Shown here: piece after piece, positions 1-13,572 of the stretch
Layout of the letters: every line of letters begins with the position of its first letter
Position numbering within the stretch: the first letter of the stretch is position 1
DNA from: Rhizophagus irregularis
Lineage: Eukaryota
Length of the DNA: 64,000 bases
Reading direction: 5' to 3'
Assembly (NCBI RefSeq): GCF_026210795.1
Contig: NC_089433.1
Span: 4,030,001-4,094,000 of the forward strand
Translations under genes and position numbers: made by a program
The notes under the pieces: generated by a model
What the model saw: the letters and a program-made list of their open reading frames with translations, nothing else
The model's database searches: none
Told to the model about the DNA's origin: nothing

Positions 1-1
1 T

Positions 2-166
2 GGACCATTTTTTGGTGATGATATTGTGATATATTCCTCTAATGGAGATTCTAGAGATTATGATAATATTTGGTGTCAAAAGAAGTATTATGAAAAAAAG
101 ATAAGAGAGACAAAAGACAAATTTTCTATGGATGACTACGAAGTATTCCAAATAGTAAAGAGATAA
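2..166 (+). CDS. 3' end of BTB-BACK-TLDc gene (copy 0, runs off window)
   Basis: Frame 2 reads GPFFGDDIVIYSS...WCQKKYYEKKIRETKDKFSMDDYEVFQIVKR*, matching the C-termini of the full copies. Confidence 0.9.
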   Translation, partial: GPFFGDDIVIYSSNGDSRDYDNIWCQKKYYEKKIRETKDKFSMDDYEVFQIVKR

Positions 167-662
167 ATAATATTATTATATTAAATGTATTGGTTTTATT
201 TATTTTATTTAAAACAAAAAATATTTTAGTATTAGATAATTCAAATTTTAAATATGTTTTACTTCCATTAAATAAATTATTGAACGCGCTTAAAATTGCT
301 ATTTTTATAATTATTATATTGTATTTACGCGTGAAAATAATGCTGCATCTTGTGTTGTTTCATGTAAAACTTTTTCTACTTACTAAATGTACCATAATTT
401 TTTTTATATATTCCTTTTTTATGATATCACAGCCTGAATTTTTTGTATAAATAACTTTCTTATTTGCCTAATTTTTGAGTTTCCATTAATTTAAAGAGGT
501 TAAGTTTATAATTTGGCAAATATATTCATTATGAGTGAAGGATTAAAAGATAGATGAATATTATTTATAGAGAACCGATTTCTTTAGTTTTTATCATCAA
601 AATAATTATACGATCGCGATATTATTTATATATTTGTTTCGCAGTATGACTTCGGTCAATGA

Positions 663-792
663 TAGTGTTCCAATCACCCGTTTATATTCGGATATCCGTC
701 ATCCGTCGGATAAATTAGATAGATCGGATGAACATTTTGTTAACGGATCGGATAACAGACTGAAGTCGGGCCATCCGTCAAGATCCGGAACC
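663..792. mobile_element. hAT-like transposon end (TAGTGTT start, clustered ATCCG/CGGAT subterminal motifs)
   Basis: tagtgttcc followed by repeated atccg/cggat motifs; partner end not found. Confidence 0.4.
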
Positions 793-1981
793 CTTTTATC
801 CCTTATAAAATATTTTCCTATAAATATATAAATTGGTAAAAACTTGAATTAGACACATTCTTGTAATATATAGACAAAAATATATTGAGATGGCGTTTAT
901 TTTACATAAGAATAGAAAAATAAAATTGGTTTAATAAAAGAGCGTTCATTGTTTAAGAATTTTTGATAGTTCATATTGTTATTTTTAAGGTTTATATTTC
1001 AAAGGACTATTAATGATAATACTTTTCCAAGAAATTACTTCAAAATTTTTTGCTAATCTCCAAAACTTTATAATAAGATAATCCTATTTCTGGATATTTG
1101 AAATTTCGATAAGAAAATAATACCTTTCCTTAAAATTATTATTAGCTTAACCTACTAGTCTATTCATGATTATAATTATGGGATGTGAATTATACTTTAA
1201 ATTAAGTAAAGTTATTATTATGTGTGTAAACTAGATTACCATAAAATATCGCCAACAAAGGATAGAATGGCGAATGTATCTCCAAAATATGAGGATTTGA
1301 AAGATATTTTTGTGAAATGTGGAGAAGAGATGGAATGGGAAGCTATAGAAAAGGCTGCGGTAAGTAAGACAGAAGTGGATGCCGAAGGATGACGTACGTG
1401 TTTTTATAAAAGAAAGCGTCGTTTGCGCGGCGGAATCACATGAAGTGATACAAAAATTTACTACGTTAAACGATGAGTTTACAAAGCGCGTTAAGGAGAC
1501 GGATCCTAAGAATATGAATGAAAAAAGAGCAACCAAGAGCCAGGAAAAGATGTACAAGAAAAGATAGAGGGTGGAACTAGTGTGAATCATATTTTGAAAG
1601 ATCCTAGTTGAAGTTACGTATTTTACGTTATAAAAATTCCCAACAAGAAATAGTTAAGATTATGTTTAATGTATTAGTTTAATTTAGATAGATTCCTTGT
1701 TGACATGATGCTTTTGCGTCCATATTTTTTGCGTCCATATTATAATTGTTTATGTAATAAATTTTTATAATACTAATAAAGGGTTTTTACCAAAAAAAAA
1801 AGGATTACCAAAAAATAAGTAAAATAATTGCAGATCAAGTCGGACCCAAAGGTGCCACCTGTAAATACTGTAAGAGGTGGAATTATTCAACACTATTTTA
1901 AGTTGTTTTGTAGAAGGTATGTTAAAAAACTAAAAAAAAAATTTTAATCTAAAGGATATTGGACTCAAAGGGTGTTACTGT

Positions 1982-4172
1982 TTAGAAGAAGGCCCAGCAT
2001 CTGTGGAGTCCAATACGAGATGTTGGACGGGCAATTTTGCGGTCACGTTTTGGATTTGAGTTGTTGGTGTCATCATAGTTGGGAAACCAATCATTATCGA
2101 TATGTTGAAGCACGTTAATATCAGCCTGAGGTATAAGTTTAAAGCATGTCTTTTTGACTGATTGTAAAATTTCATAGTTATGTAGATTTGAATTATTAAT
2201 AGCCATCCTTTTGTTATTACTGGCTAATGCGCAACTTGGACAGGTCAATGCACGGACGAGATTCCATAGGTTCAGTCGCATCGTATGAAAGTAATTGTTC
2301 AGGACGAAAACGTTCGTCAAAGATTTCTTTAAAATTTGTAACAAAATTATTAAATTCACGTTCAAGACGTGCACGAGTCTTACGATTAGTGGATCTTTCA
2401 CTTCTACTTTTGAAACTGTTCATTCGTTCATCATAGAACGTATTCATCATAGTGATATTGTAGCGAAACGATCGATCACGTGACCAAAATTCGGCCTAAT
2501 CACGAGGTGACGATAAATGTTCGAAATGTTGCATATGTTGCATATATGTAACATATCAAATATGTTCAACATATCAAATATATGCAACATATCAAATATG
2601 CTTAATTTATTTAATATATTTAATATATGCAATATGTTAGATATTTTTAGTCTGGTATTTTTACATATATATAGACCTGTAATTAGATCTGTAGTTGAAT
2701 GAAGTTCAAGTAGAAGAGTTTTCTTAATAAAAATGGTTCTAATGATTATATTAAATAAACTGTTGTTTGAATTTAACGAAATATAAATTTGTTATCCTTT
2801 ATTCGTGTTGGGAGTATATGCCGACGTACAGTGCTATACTACACGTCTGATTGGATTGTTTATTAAGTGTTTATACATATAGTTTATTTATTGATTATAC
2901 CCGTCTATCTATATACCTTCTGCTTACCCTTTTCCATTTGTTTACGTTTTAAATGCTAAAGAACTGGCTATAACAATATCCTCAATTCGACGGTCACGAA
3001 ATTGATTACGAAAATCGTAATATGATTGTGAAGAAATCGTTGAAGCACGAGCTAAAGCCACATAGCGCCTTTTATTCAATAACTTTAGAATTTCAGGATG
3101 AGGAATAATAGTGGTGGCGGGTCCATCGAAGATTCCAGTAATATGCACTGTTGGCGAATTATCTTGTGCTCTAAAAGCAATATTGCGGGAGGCATTCTTA
3201 AGCGTCCAAAGAGGTGTTTTAAAGGGATATCTTCCTCTAAATGCGATGAGATGTTTGATAATTTTAGATATTTTAAATGTCGTATTGGTTTAGCGATATA
3301 TTGAGATTCTAAAAACAAGAATCGGTGTTTTCGAGCTTGAAAAATTCTAGTGTCCAAGTTAGAATTTCCAGAACCAATTGGTGCTTTAAAGATCCTACGA
3401 CAATGACGTTCAAAACGTTCATGTTTTTTCTTTGTGCGCGCATTAGATTGAGATAAACGTTCGAATCCATTCAAAAATTTTTTGTACATATAACGAGATC
3501 CTTGGTCGATGACTTTCTTTAAACCATTAGAGCGGTAGGAACATTATAACTAATGCCCAAGCGGTTGGAGTAAATACGTTGTTTCTTTGGAACGCAAACT
3601 CTATTGGCATGCGAGATTATACTATAAGATGATGTATCATTAGGAGATTTTGTTTATGATGACGTGTATTATGAAATAGTTTAGTAGAAAAAAATCTTTT
3701 TTGATGATTGCCACATGCAAATCTAACGTTAGACATTACAAAAGGGCAAGGAACGTTACAAATATGTGGTGTAGAAGGAGTGTTGACGATTCCATTATTT
3801 TTGATATCTATATTATATGGGCAAGGAACAAAAATTCCAAAATAAAATCTATATTTTTTATGTGAAATTAAAAAATGTTCGTGTAATATTATTGCGCTCT
3901 TTTTTATCTAGGGCACGTGACTGTAAAAATTTAATTCTTTCTAGCAATTTTGATCGTATTAAGCTTAAGAATTTTGATTGTATACTGCGTGGTAAGGGGA
4001 AAAAATGCGTGAGCATTATACTGATTTGGTATTTGTCATTGGGAAATTTGCTCGTGGATTTATACCGAAGGGGAGTAGTCTTTAATAGATAATCATTTGT
4101 ATGGGATTTCATTGGTGTTTTGATGTCGATCGGCAGGCTCAAAAAAGAAACTTTTGAGCGGCGGAAATTCAT
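1982..4172 (-). pseudogene. Degenerate long intronless ORF (Cys/His-containing, basic), probably from a repeat or retroelement
   Basis: Minus-strand ORF pieces 4172-3858, 3489-3085, 3148-2942, 2450-2217 and 2401-1982 chain across stops and frameshifts; reading through the stop at 3858 gives KYRFYFGIFVPC...CNVPCPFVMSNVRFACGNHQ, then IYSNRLGISYNV. Higher GC than flanks. Confidence 0.5.
2517..2645. repeat. 9/18-bp periodic minisatellite (tgttgcata / tatcaaata)
   Basis: tgttgcata-tgttgcata-tatgtaaca-tatcaaata-tgttcaaca-tatcaaata...; creates spurious ORFs on both strands. Confidence 0.8.
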
Positions 4173-4786
4173 AGATCTTGTTATAACCAGTTTTTTTTCT
4201 TGTTTTCACGTGAAATTTTTCAGGGACACCAGGAGAGAATTTTTTCCCAGAGGAAAAGTGATAGGTTTTGAAAAGGACATATAAAAAGAGTGTAAAATAT
4301 ACAATAAAAGTATCTTTTTATGATAAGATTAAGTTTGTATAATTGTAACGTAAAATGACGTTGTAAAGTGTTGAACTCTTTAAAATAAAAATAATGTAAC
4401 GGTCAATAGTATGTTAAAATGTTTGTCATAAAACTTCACCTTTCAAGAAAGGTCGTATAATTCTTTTAAAGGTTAAAAACGTTTACCATATGTATATACT
4501 ACAATATTTGGAGTGCCAGTATCGGTAGATTTATTCGCATTTGGGTTGAGTTTTAAGCGAAAAATAAAATTTAAAAGGTGTTGAAGTTAAAAAAAACTTT
4601 TACTGCGCCATTATATGAATTTTTCACACAAAGAGTTCCCGGTACGTATCATACTAACCATACTAACCAAATTTGACATGAACACAAAATAACAGGTGCT
4701 CGTGTAATATTACATGCATTATAAATTAACTTGCAAATCCATAAATCCATGGTTTTCTGTATTTTGTAAAATTATAAATATAAAAC

Positions 4787-6288
4787 ATGTCAACTCAATT
4801 TTTCTCAAAATTAAGTCAAAACTATATTGAATTACTAGGAGACGATGAATATTATGATATTACAATTGAAGTTGGTGAAGATCCTAATGTAAAAATCTTT
4901 CGTGCGCATATGAATATTTTATGTTACCGTTCTCCATATTTAAGACGGGTTTTAGTTTTAAATAAAGAGAATAAAGATAATATCTTAACTCATATTAAAT
5001 TATCAAATATATTACCAGAAAATTTTCAAATTATTTTAAAGTAAGTATTATATAAATTAAGTTTATTTAAGTAACTCTAATATTCAAATTCTAACTTTTA
5101 CACTTTTAATATAGATATATTTATGGTGGTATTCTTTCGTTAAATGAGCAAGATAATTTAGAAATTATTAAGGTTATGTTGGCTGCAAATGAACTACTTC
5201 TTCAAGAATTAGTTGATTATTTGCAAAAATATTTAATTGAAAATAAAACCGAATGGATGGAACAACATTTTGAACTTATTCATAGGACAAGCTTTCAATC
5301 AAATTCTTTGTCGGAACTTCAACAATATTGTGCAGAATTTATGGCAAACTCTCCAGAGAAAATATTTAAATCACTTGATTTCACTTCACTTCCTGAAAAA
5401 TCTTTAGTTCAACTTATTAAAAGAGATGATTTACAAATGAAAGAAGTTGAAGTTTGGGAACATTTGTTAAAATGGGGTCTTGCACAAAATCCCACACTTC
5501 TTCTGGATCCCGATACTTGGTCGGATGAAGATTTCAGAACAATGGAAAATGCTTTACAACATTGTTTACCCTTGGTTAGATTTTTTGGTTTGTCATCTAA
5601 AGAATTCTTACAAAAAGTTCGTCCTTATAAAAAACTCTTAAAACGTCAACTTTATGAAGATTTATTAAATTCTCATTTGGATCCTAATAGTGAACCAACT
5701 GATGATATTCTACTTCCAAGGAATCTTAAAATTGATGGAATTATTGATTCAAAAATTGTTAATAACTTAAATATTATTTCAACCATTTCAAGACAAATTG
5801 ATAAAATGGTTATTAATAATAAATTTGACCATTTAAGAGATTTATATTTACCATACAAATTTCAATTATTATTAAGAGGGAGCCATGATGGATTTACACC
5901 TAAAAAATTTCATGAATTATGTAATGATATACCTTATACTGTTACATTTATTAAAGTAAAAGGGACAGATGAAATTCTTGGTGGATATAATCCAATAATA
6001 TGGAAATCTTCTCGTGGTTGGAATAAAACTAAAGATAGCTTTATTTTTTCTTTTAAGAATAATAATGCTAAAGATGCAATTATTAGTAATGTAGAAAATA
6101 CAAAATGTGCAATTTATCATGGTAATAATAATGGCCCATGTTTTGGCGATGATATTGTTATATTTTCTTCTAAAGAATCTACAAATTACAGTACTATTGT
6201 TTGTAAAAAATCTTATTATGAAAAAAAGATGAGAGATAAAGATGGTGTGTTTTCAATAGAAGATTATGAAGTATTTCAAATCACATAA
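4787..6288 (+). CDS. BTB/POZ-BACK-TLDc protein, copy 1; exons 4787-5040, 5115-6288 (475 aa)
   Basis: BTB motif YDITIEVG..FRAHMNILCYRSPY; phase-2 GT-AG intron joins in frame to YIYGG; BACK-like LIKRDDLQMKE..W; TLDc motifs LLLRGSxDGF, GGYNP, DSFIFSF, GPxFG, DYEVFQ. Confidence 0.92.
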
Positions 6289-8284
6289 GGATAAGTATAT
6301 GTTTATTTTTAGATTTTAAATGTCATTGATTTAAAAGATATCTATTTTATATACAACATTATAACTGATAACAAAAATGATTGTTCTAAGTACTACGGTA
6401 TATTATGCAATAAAGAAGTTACCGGCTCATTACTGAACAAATATAATAGGAGTATATAATTATTATTGGATTTCTATTAAAAACAAATTTTTGAAATTCA
6501 ACATCTCCATATTTTCACAAATCAAATATATTGCCGTTGTAAAATAAAATTTAATAAATTTTCCTTGATGATTAAAGATTAAGTAATAAAATGACACAAA
6601 TTTGCGTAGTTATTAAATAATTGTAAAAGCAAATAAAGATTCAAGATTTATTTTTAGAAGTTCCATAAAAATATCAGTTTATAAAACTTTTGGTAAAACC
6701 TCTTTTCCATAAGTGATACAGTAAATGAGTATGAATACTGAAATATTAAAAAATATTAGAATGAAATAAATTTTAATCTTTGTATACATATAATATTAAC
6801 TAATATAGCGTACTCTTATTAGTATTTATGATAGTTATCATCAGTCAATCCGTATGTGCACATTTTCGATATAATAAAGGTTAGAAGTGGAATTTTTTTT
6901 CTATATTATGTATTGAAATATCTTCATGTACGTCTAATTTACAATAATATCAATTTAGAGTTTATCGCATTTTCAATTTGTAATTTTGTAGCGTTTTATC
7001 CATTCTAATATTCCTATTGACAACGTACATTGATAATAAATTCAATATGAATATACTTACTGTATGACTGTACGTATAACAAATTACATTGATTAGGCCA
7101 AGTAAATAAAATTATTCGTTTCTCATGACTGGGCGGGTCATGTAAATGTGACGAAAAGATAAATTTTATTTTATTTGGTCATGTGATTCTGGTTTGACCA
7201 ATAATAATCATAAAAAAATAATTTTTTTTCCCACTGTGACCTGGGCTACAAATTTATTAAATCTCTAGAAATAGGCTAAATTTTTTTTTGAAAAATCATT
7301 TTTTTTCCGGGCGGCCGGGTTAAATTTACAAATTTAGAATTTTTTTTTCATGAGAAATGAATAATTTTATTTCTTTGGCCTTATATAGAAACACTAAAAA
7401 ATGACTATCTTCTAGAATACTTTGTAAAAAAATCCAACGGATAGATTCAAAAGCGCTCATATTATTTATGAAGCTAAATAAATTACTGTAAATTCTATAC
7501 CAAAGATATAATGATTGAAGATTAACATTTTTAGATCCTAAGCTTAATTTGAAATAATTCATAATTTTTTTCTAGTTTTTTTTTTAAATCATACTTAAAA
7601 TTTCAATTACTATTTTTGATTTAGTTTTCTTTGAAAATGTTTAGATGAGGTTATTAAAATTAGGATTAAAATGGTTAGTGGGAATCATTGAAAAGTTTTC
7701 ATCATAAGTGTTATAAGATCCATCGTCATGAACCAAATCATCATGAATATAAAAAAATTACTTATTAGGCTTTGAATTGCATAAAAAATTTGTATAAAAG
7801 GCTGAAAAATGAGAAAATGTCAATTCTCGAAAATATCTCGCATATTTACATGAAAAAAGGGGTACAATTTACTCTATATTTTTCTTTAAAAAATAAAAAT
7901 GCATTTGCTGTACATCACGTGCTCATTTTTTTTTGTTAAAACAAACAAATTGAAATATTACAAGAATTCCTGATTCTTCATTGGTGGAAGAAATATATTA
8001 AAAATATGAGTATAATGAATTATAATTTATTATTACATCATCTTTATCACTATCCTTTTTGACGGGTTGATTTAAAATATAAATACGATAATTTATAAAA
8101 GAAGTTCAATAAAGGGTTATTCCATTTAAACCAATGAGATAGATCATAGATGACTATTATTTTGTAGATTTCACGCTATTAAAATTTTTATGGTAAAATG
8201 GCTGCAGATTAACGTATTGTACAAGATCCGCTGTACAACATTTATTACCTTTTTATTATTCTTTTAAAAAAAGACAAACGAAAA

Positions 8285-9818
8285 ATGTCTACTCAATTTT
8301 TTTCAAAATTAAGTCAAAACTATATTGAATTGTTAGGAGATGATGAATATTATGATATTACAATTGAAGTCGGAGAGGATCCTAACGTAAAAATCATTCG
8401 TGCTCATATGAATATTTTATGTTATCGTTCCCCATATTTACGACGAGCTTTAGTTTCTAATAAGAAAAATAAAGATAATGTTTTGGCTCATATTAAGTTA
8501 CCAAAATTATCACCTGAAGTCTTTCAAATTATTTTAAAGTAAGTGTACAAATAAATTTAATATTATAATAGCAAGTTTTCTATTATTTAATATTGAAATT
8601 TTAATTTAATATAGATATATTTATGGCGGGGTTCTTTCATTGAACGAGCAAGATAACTCAAAAATTATTAAAATTTTATTGGCTGCAGATGAATTACTAC
8701 TTCAAGAACTAGTTGATTACTTACAAGTATATTTAATTGAAAATAAATCCGAATGGATGGAACAAAACTTTGAACTTATCCATCGTACAAGTTTTCAGTC
8801 CAATTCTTTAATACAACTTCAACAATTTTGTACGAATTTTATGGTAAACTATCCAGAGAAAGTATTTAAATCATTTGATTTCACTTCGCTTCCTGAAAAA
8901 TCTTTAGTTCAACTAATTAAAAGGGATGATTTACAAATGAAAGAAATTGAAGTTTGGGAACATTTGTTAAAATGGGGTCTTGCGCAAAATCCCACACTTC
9001 TTCCAGATCCCGATACTTGGTCGGATGATGATTTCAATATAATGGAAAATACTTTACAACATTGTATGCCCTTGGTTAGGTTTTTTAGTTTATCATCTAA
9101 AGAATTCTTACAAAAGGTTCATCCATATAAAAAACTCTTAAAACGACAACTTTATGAAAATTTATTAAGTTCTCATTTGGATCCTGATAGTGAACCAACT
9201 GACAATATTACACTTCCAAGAAATATTAAAATGGGTGAAATTATTGATTCAAAAATTATTAATAATTTAAGTATTATATCAATTATTTCAAGACGGATAG
9301 ACAAAGTGGATGTTAACAATAATTTTATTCATTTAAAACAACCATATAAATTTCAATTATTATTAAGAGGAAGCCGAGACGGATTTACACCTAAAAAATT
9401 TCATGAATTATGTAATGATATACCTTGTACTGTCACATTTATTAAAGTAAAAGGAACAGATGAAATTCTTGGTGGATATAATCCAATAATATGGAAATCT
9501 CATGATTCTGGTTTTTGGGCTAAAACTAAAGATAGCTTTATTTTTTCTTTTAAAAATAATAGTGTTAAAGATGCAATCATTAGTAACGTAGAAAATAAAA
9601 ATCATGCAGTGTATCATCGCTCTATTCATGGTCCACATTTTGGAAGTGATATATTTATAAGTTCTTCTACCGAATGTAAAGATTATGAGAAATCTTTTTG
9701 TAGAAAGTATTTTTATGAAAAAATGATAAGAGATATTAAATTTACCGAACAACATTTTCTTATAGAAGAATATGAAGTATTTCAAATTACAAATAAACTA
9801 GGTAACGGTGACCGTTAA
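8285..9818 (+). CDS. BTB-BACK-TLDc protein, copy 2; exons 8285-8538, 8615-9818 (485 aa)
   Basis: Same motifs and intron position as copy 1; last six residues come from an insertion at the former stop. Confidence 0.92.
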
Positions 9819-9845
9819 ACGTCCAAAGCGGGCGTCACGCTGCAC
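9798..9845 (-). mobile_element. Helitron-like 3' terminus inserted at the stop codon of copy 2
   Basis: Minus strand: hairpin taacgg-tca-ccgtta then CTAG|T; sister copy 3 has AAA|TAA here, i.e. an A|T target. Confidence 0.45.
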
Positions 9846-10174
9846 ATTTTTCCAAAGTGAAATCTTATTAGTAATATTATCTTTATTGTCAAACTCAATT
9901 GTTAAAGTTTTTTATTGATAAATAGTTTAATAAAATAATTTAACATAATTATAAATTAAACACTGAAATTAATAGAATGTAATTTTAGACAATTTGTAAT
10001 AATAAATAAAAGTTTGTTAATTGAAAATTAATCGTTTTTCTTCAGACAATCTCTCTTGTAAACTTAATGCGTTGAAGTCTTTCAAACGAAAATGGCTTAA
10101 AAAGTACATCATCAAGAGCACAGACCCTGGAAATTGCCACAATTTTGCGTTAAGATTTTAATAACTAAAATAAA

Positions 10175-10750
10175 CCCTATAAAAATAAGTGTCCGGAAAT
10201 TGTCCAGAAATCGAATCTAGAAAATTTGTCTAAATAATTGTCCAGAAAATGTCCAGGTACCATGTCCGGAAATTGTTCCGAAAACACTCATTTCTGCCAC
10301 CATCACTATAATTGCTCTTAACTTAAAACTTTATATCATAGATATATAGTATTCTTGCTTGCTCATTAGTATGACAAAGAAGGTTATGGATGTCAGTTTT
10401 GTGCTTTTTGCGTTTTTTTACAAAATTAATTTATCCTTTTTTTGGAAATAGCGCCCAGAATTTGTCCGGAATTTTTTCATGTCCAAAATTTGTCCAGTTC
10501 AAATTATCTGAATTTTTACTATAACCAGAATTTATCCAGGTTTATCTGTCCGGAATTTGTCCAAAATTTTATACTGGACAAATTCTGGATAAATTCTGGA
10601 CAAATTCCGGATATGTCAAAATTTTAAGTATCAAATTTGTAGCAAAAAAATAGACATTTTCCGGACAATTTCTGGACATGCCAGATTTATTCTGGACCAG
10701 TTTCCAGACATTTTCATAGACATTTTCCAGATGATTATTTTTTTATTGGG
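10175..10750. mobile_element. Non-autonomous TIR element with CCC...GGG ends and many tgtccrgaaa subterminal repeats (CACTA/CMC-like)
   Basis: ccctataaaaataa at left, ttatttttttattggg at right; tgtccagaaa repeats flip to tttctggaca in the right half. No clear TSD. Confidence 0.65.
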
Positions 10751-12460
10751 CATGTTTTAAAATAGGCAAACAACAAAAACAAATGGGCTAATTGGTTAGT
10801 GGGAATCATTGAAATGTTTTTATTGTAAATGTTTTAAGATCCGTCATTATGAAACAAATCATTATGAATATGAAAAAATTATTTACTAGGCTTTGAATTG
10901 TATAAAAAGCTGAAAAATAAAAAAATTAAATCTCGAAAATATCTCTAATATTTACATGAAAAAAGGTGAAGGCACAATTTACTCTATATTTTCTTTAAAA
11001 AATAAAAATGCATTTGCTGTACATCACGTGTTCATTTTTTTTCGTTAAAACAAACAAATTGAAATATTACAAGAATTCCTGATTCTTCATTTGGCGAAAG
11101 AAACATATTAAAAATACAACAATAGGTGAGTATCATGAATTATAATTTTCTTGTTATATCATCTTTATCACAATCCTTTTTACGGGTTGATTTAAAATAT
11201 GATTTATATGTCAATAAAAAGAAGGGCAATAAAGGGTTATTTTCATATAAACCATAATTATTCGTAGATTTCAAGCTAAATTTTTATGGTAAGATGGCTG
11301 CAGATTGGCGTATTGTACATGATCCACTGTACAACATTTATTTACCTTTTTTTCCATAATGATTTTTATCTTTTTTTATTCTTTTTAAAAAAAGACAAAC
11401 GAAAAATGTCTACTCAATTTTTTTCAAAATTAAGTCAAAACTATATTGAATTGTTAGGAGATGATGATTATTATGATATTACAATTGAAGTCGGAGAGGA
11501 TCCTAACGTAAAAATCATTCATGCTCATATGAATATTTTATGTCATCGTTCTCCATATTTACGACGAGCTTTAGTTTCTAATAAAAAAAATAAAGATAAT
11601 GTTTTAGCTCACATTAAGTTACCAAAAATATCACCTGAAGTCTTTCAAATTATTTTAAAGTAAGTTATTATACAAATAAATTTAATATTATAATAGCAAG
11701 TTTTATAATATTTAATATTAAAATTTAACTTAATATAGATATATTTATGGCGGGATTCTTTCATTGAACGAGCAAGATGACTCAAAAATTATTAAAATTT
11801 TATTGGCTGCAGATGAATTACTACTTCAAGAACTAGTTGATTACTTACAAGTATATTTAATTGAAAATAAATCCGAATGTATGGAACAAAACTTTGAACT
11901 TATCCATCGTACAAGTTTTCAGTCCAATTCTTTAATACAACTTCAACAATTTTGTACAGATTTAATGGTAAACTCTCCAGAGAAAATATTTAAATCACTT
12001 GATTTTACTTCACTTCCTGAAAAATCTTTGGTACAACTTATTAAAAGAGACGATTTACAGATGAAGGAAATTGAAGTTTGGGAACATGTATTAAAATGGG
12101 GACTTGCGAAAAATCCCACACTTTTTCCTGATCCTAGTACTTGGTCAGATGACGATTTCAAAGCAATGGAAAATACTTTACAACATTGTTTATGTTTAAT
12201 CAGATTTTTTAGTTTATCATCTAAAGAGTTCTTACAGCAAGTTCATCCTTATAAAAAACTCTTAAAACGTCAACTTTATGAAGATTTATTAAATTCTCAT
12301 TTGAATCCTGATAGTGAACCAACTGAAAGCATTTCATTTCCTAGAAATATTAAAGTAGATGGAATTATTGATTCAAAAATTATTAATAATTTAAATATTA
12401 TTTCAACCATTTCAAGACGTATTGATAAAATGGTAATTAATAATAAATTTGACCATTTAA

Positions 12461-13242
12461 TTGCTAATTCGGTTAAGATCAGCAGTGTCCTACTATGTAA
12501 AATTGGGGAAATTGGTGCAAATAATAAAAATAATTATCATATGATCTAATAATCCAATTTTGATGAACTTTTTTTTGTTCTGTAAGTCTGGATTACCTTT
12601 ATAAAATAAAAATAATTTCATTGAAATTGGACCATTAGATTGTGAGATAATCACAAAAACATATTTTACTGACAACGATCAGATTCCATTAATAACAAAG
12701 CAGACAATTATCTCCTAATTCAGTGATCCAATTTCGATAAACTTTTTTTTGTTATTTAGATCTCAATAATCTCTACATAATAAAAGAATTTTGTCAAAAT
12801 TGGGCCTCTAGATCATGAGATAATTGCGAAAACATATTTTGCCAGACGATTTTTAGATTCATGATATGGCAAAATATATCTTTGTGATTATCTTCCGATC
12901 TAGCAGTCCAATATTGACAAACTTTTTTTTATTGTGCAGAAGAGGTTAAGACCTAAAAGACAAAAAAAAATTATTGAAATTGGATCACTGAATTAGGAAT
13001 CAATTCTTTTTTTATGATTTACTAAAATTTAGTCATAATAATAATATGAAATACTTTTTCACGATTTTCTTATAATTTAGTATTTCAATTTCAATAAATT
13101 TTTTATTTTATTGAGAAAATCAAGATCTATAAAACAAAAAAAAGTTCATTGAAATTGGATCATTGGATCAAAAGATAATTATTTTCTTTTTTTGCCCCGA
13201 TTTTACATAGTAAGACACTGCTGATCTTAACTGAATTAGCAA
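12461..13242. mobile_element. 782-bp MITE, TTAA target duplication (or TA with 1-bp longer ends)
   Basis: TIR ttgctaattc(g/a)gttaagatcagcagtgtc(c/t)tactatgtaaaat at both ends; TTAA at 12457-12460 and 13243-13246; empty site gaccatttaagagat in copy 1. Confidence 0.93.
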
Positions 13243-13572
13243 TTAAGAGATTTGTATTTACCATACAAGTTTCAATTATTGTTAAGAGGGAGCCGAGATG
13301 GATTTACACCTAAAAAATTTCATGAATTATGTAATGATATACCTTGTACTGTTACATTTATTAAAGTAAAAGGAACAGACGAAATTCTTGGTGGATACAA
13401 TCCAATAATATGGAAATCTCATGATTCTGGTTTATGGGCTAAAACTAAAGATAGTTTTATTTTTTCTTTTAAAAGTAATAGTGTTAAAGATGCAATCATT
13501 AGTAACGTAGAAAATAAAGATCATGCAGTGTATCATCACTCTAATTTTGGTCCACATTTTGGAAGTGATATA

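Noticed and set aside
190..450. Hydrophobic 86-aa ORF and similar short AT-rich ORFs (e.g. 7326-7562, 32990-33193, 52204-52563)
   Set aside because: Composition-driven (F/L/I/K), no motifs, often non-ATG starts in a eukaryote.
2447..2702. ORFs with LHI/FDM/ICN repeats on both strands
   Set aside because: Artefact of a stop-free 9-bp minisatellite.
5039..5044. Every BTB exon 1 forms a neat 85-aa ORF ending AAG TAA
   Set aside because: The stop is the GTAA of a phase-2 donor; no evidence for a separate peptide.
5673..6120. Recurrent antisense ORFs over BTB copies (also 9408-9785, 26449-26640, 37614-37805, 47619-47810)
   Set aside because: Shadows of the conserved sense frame.
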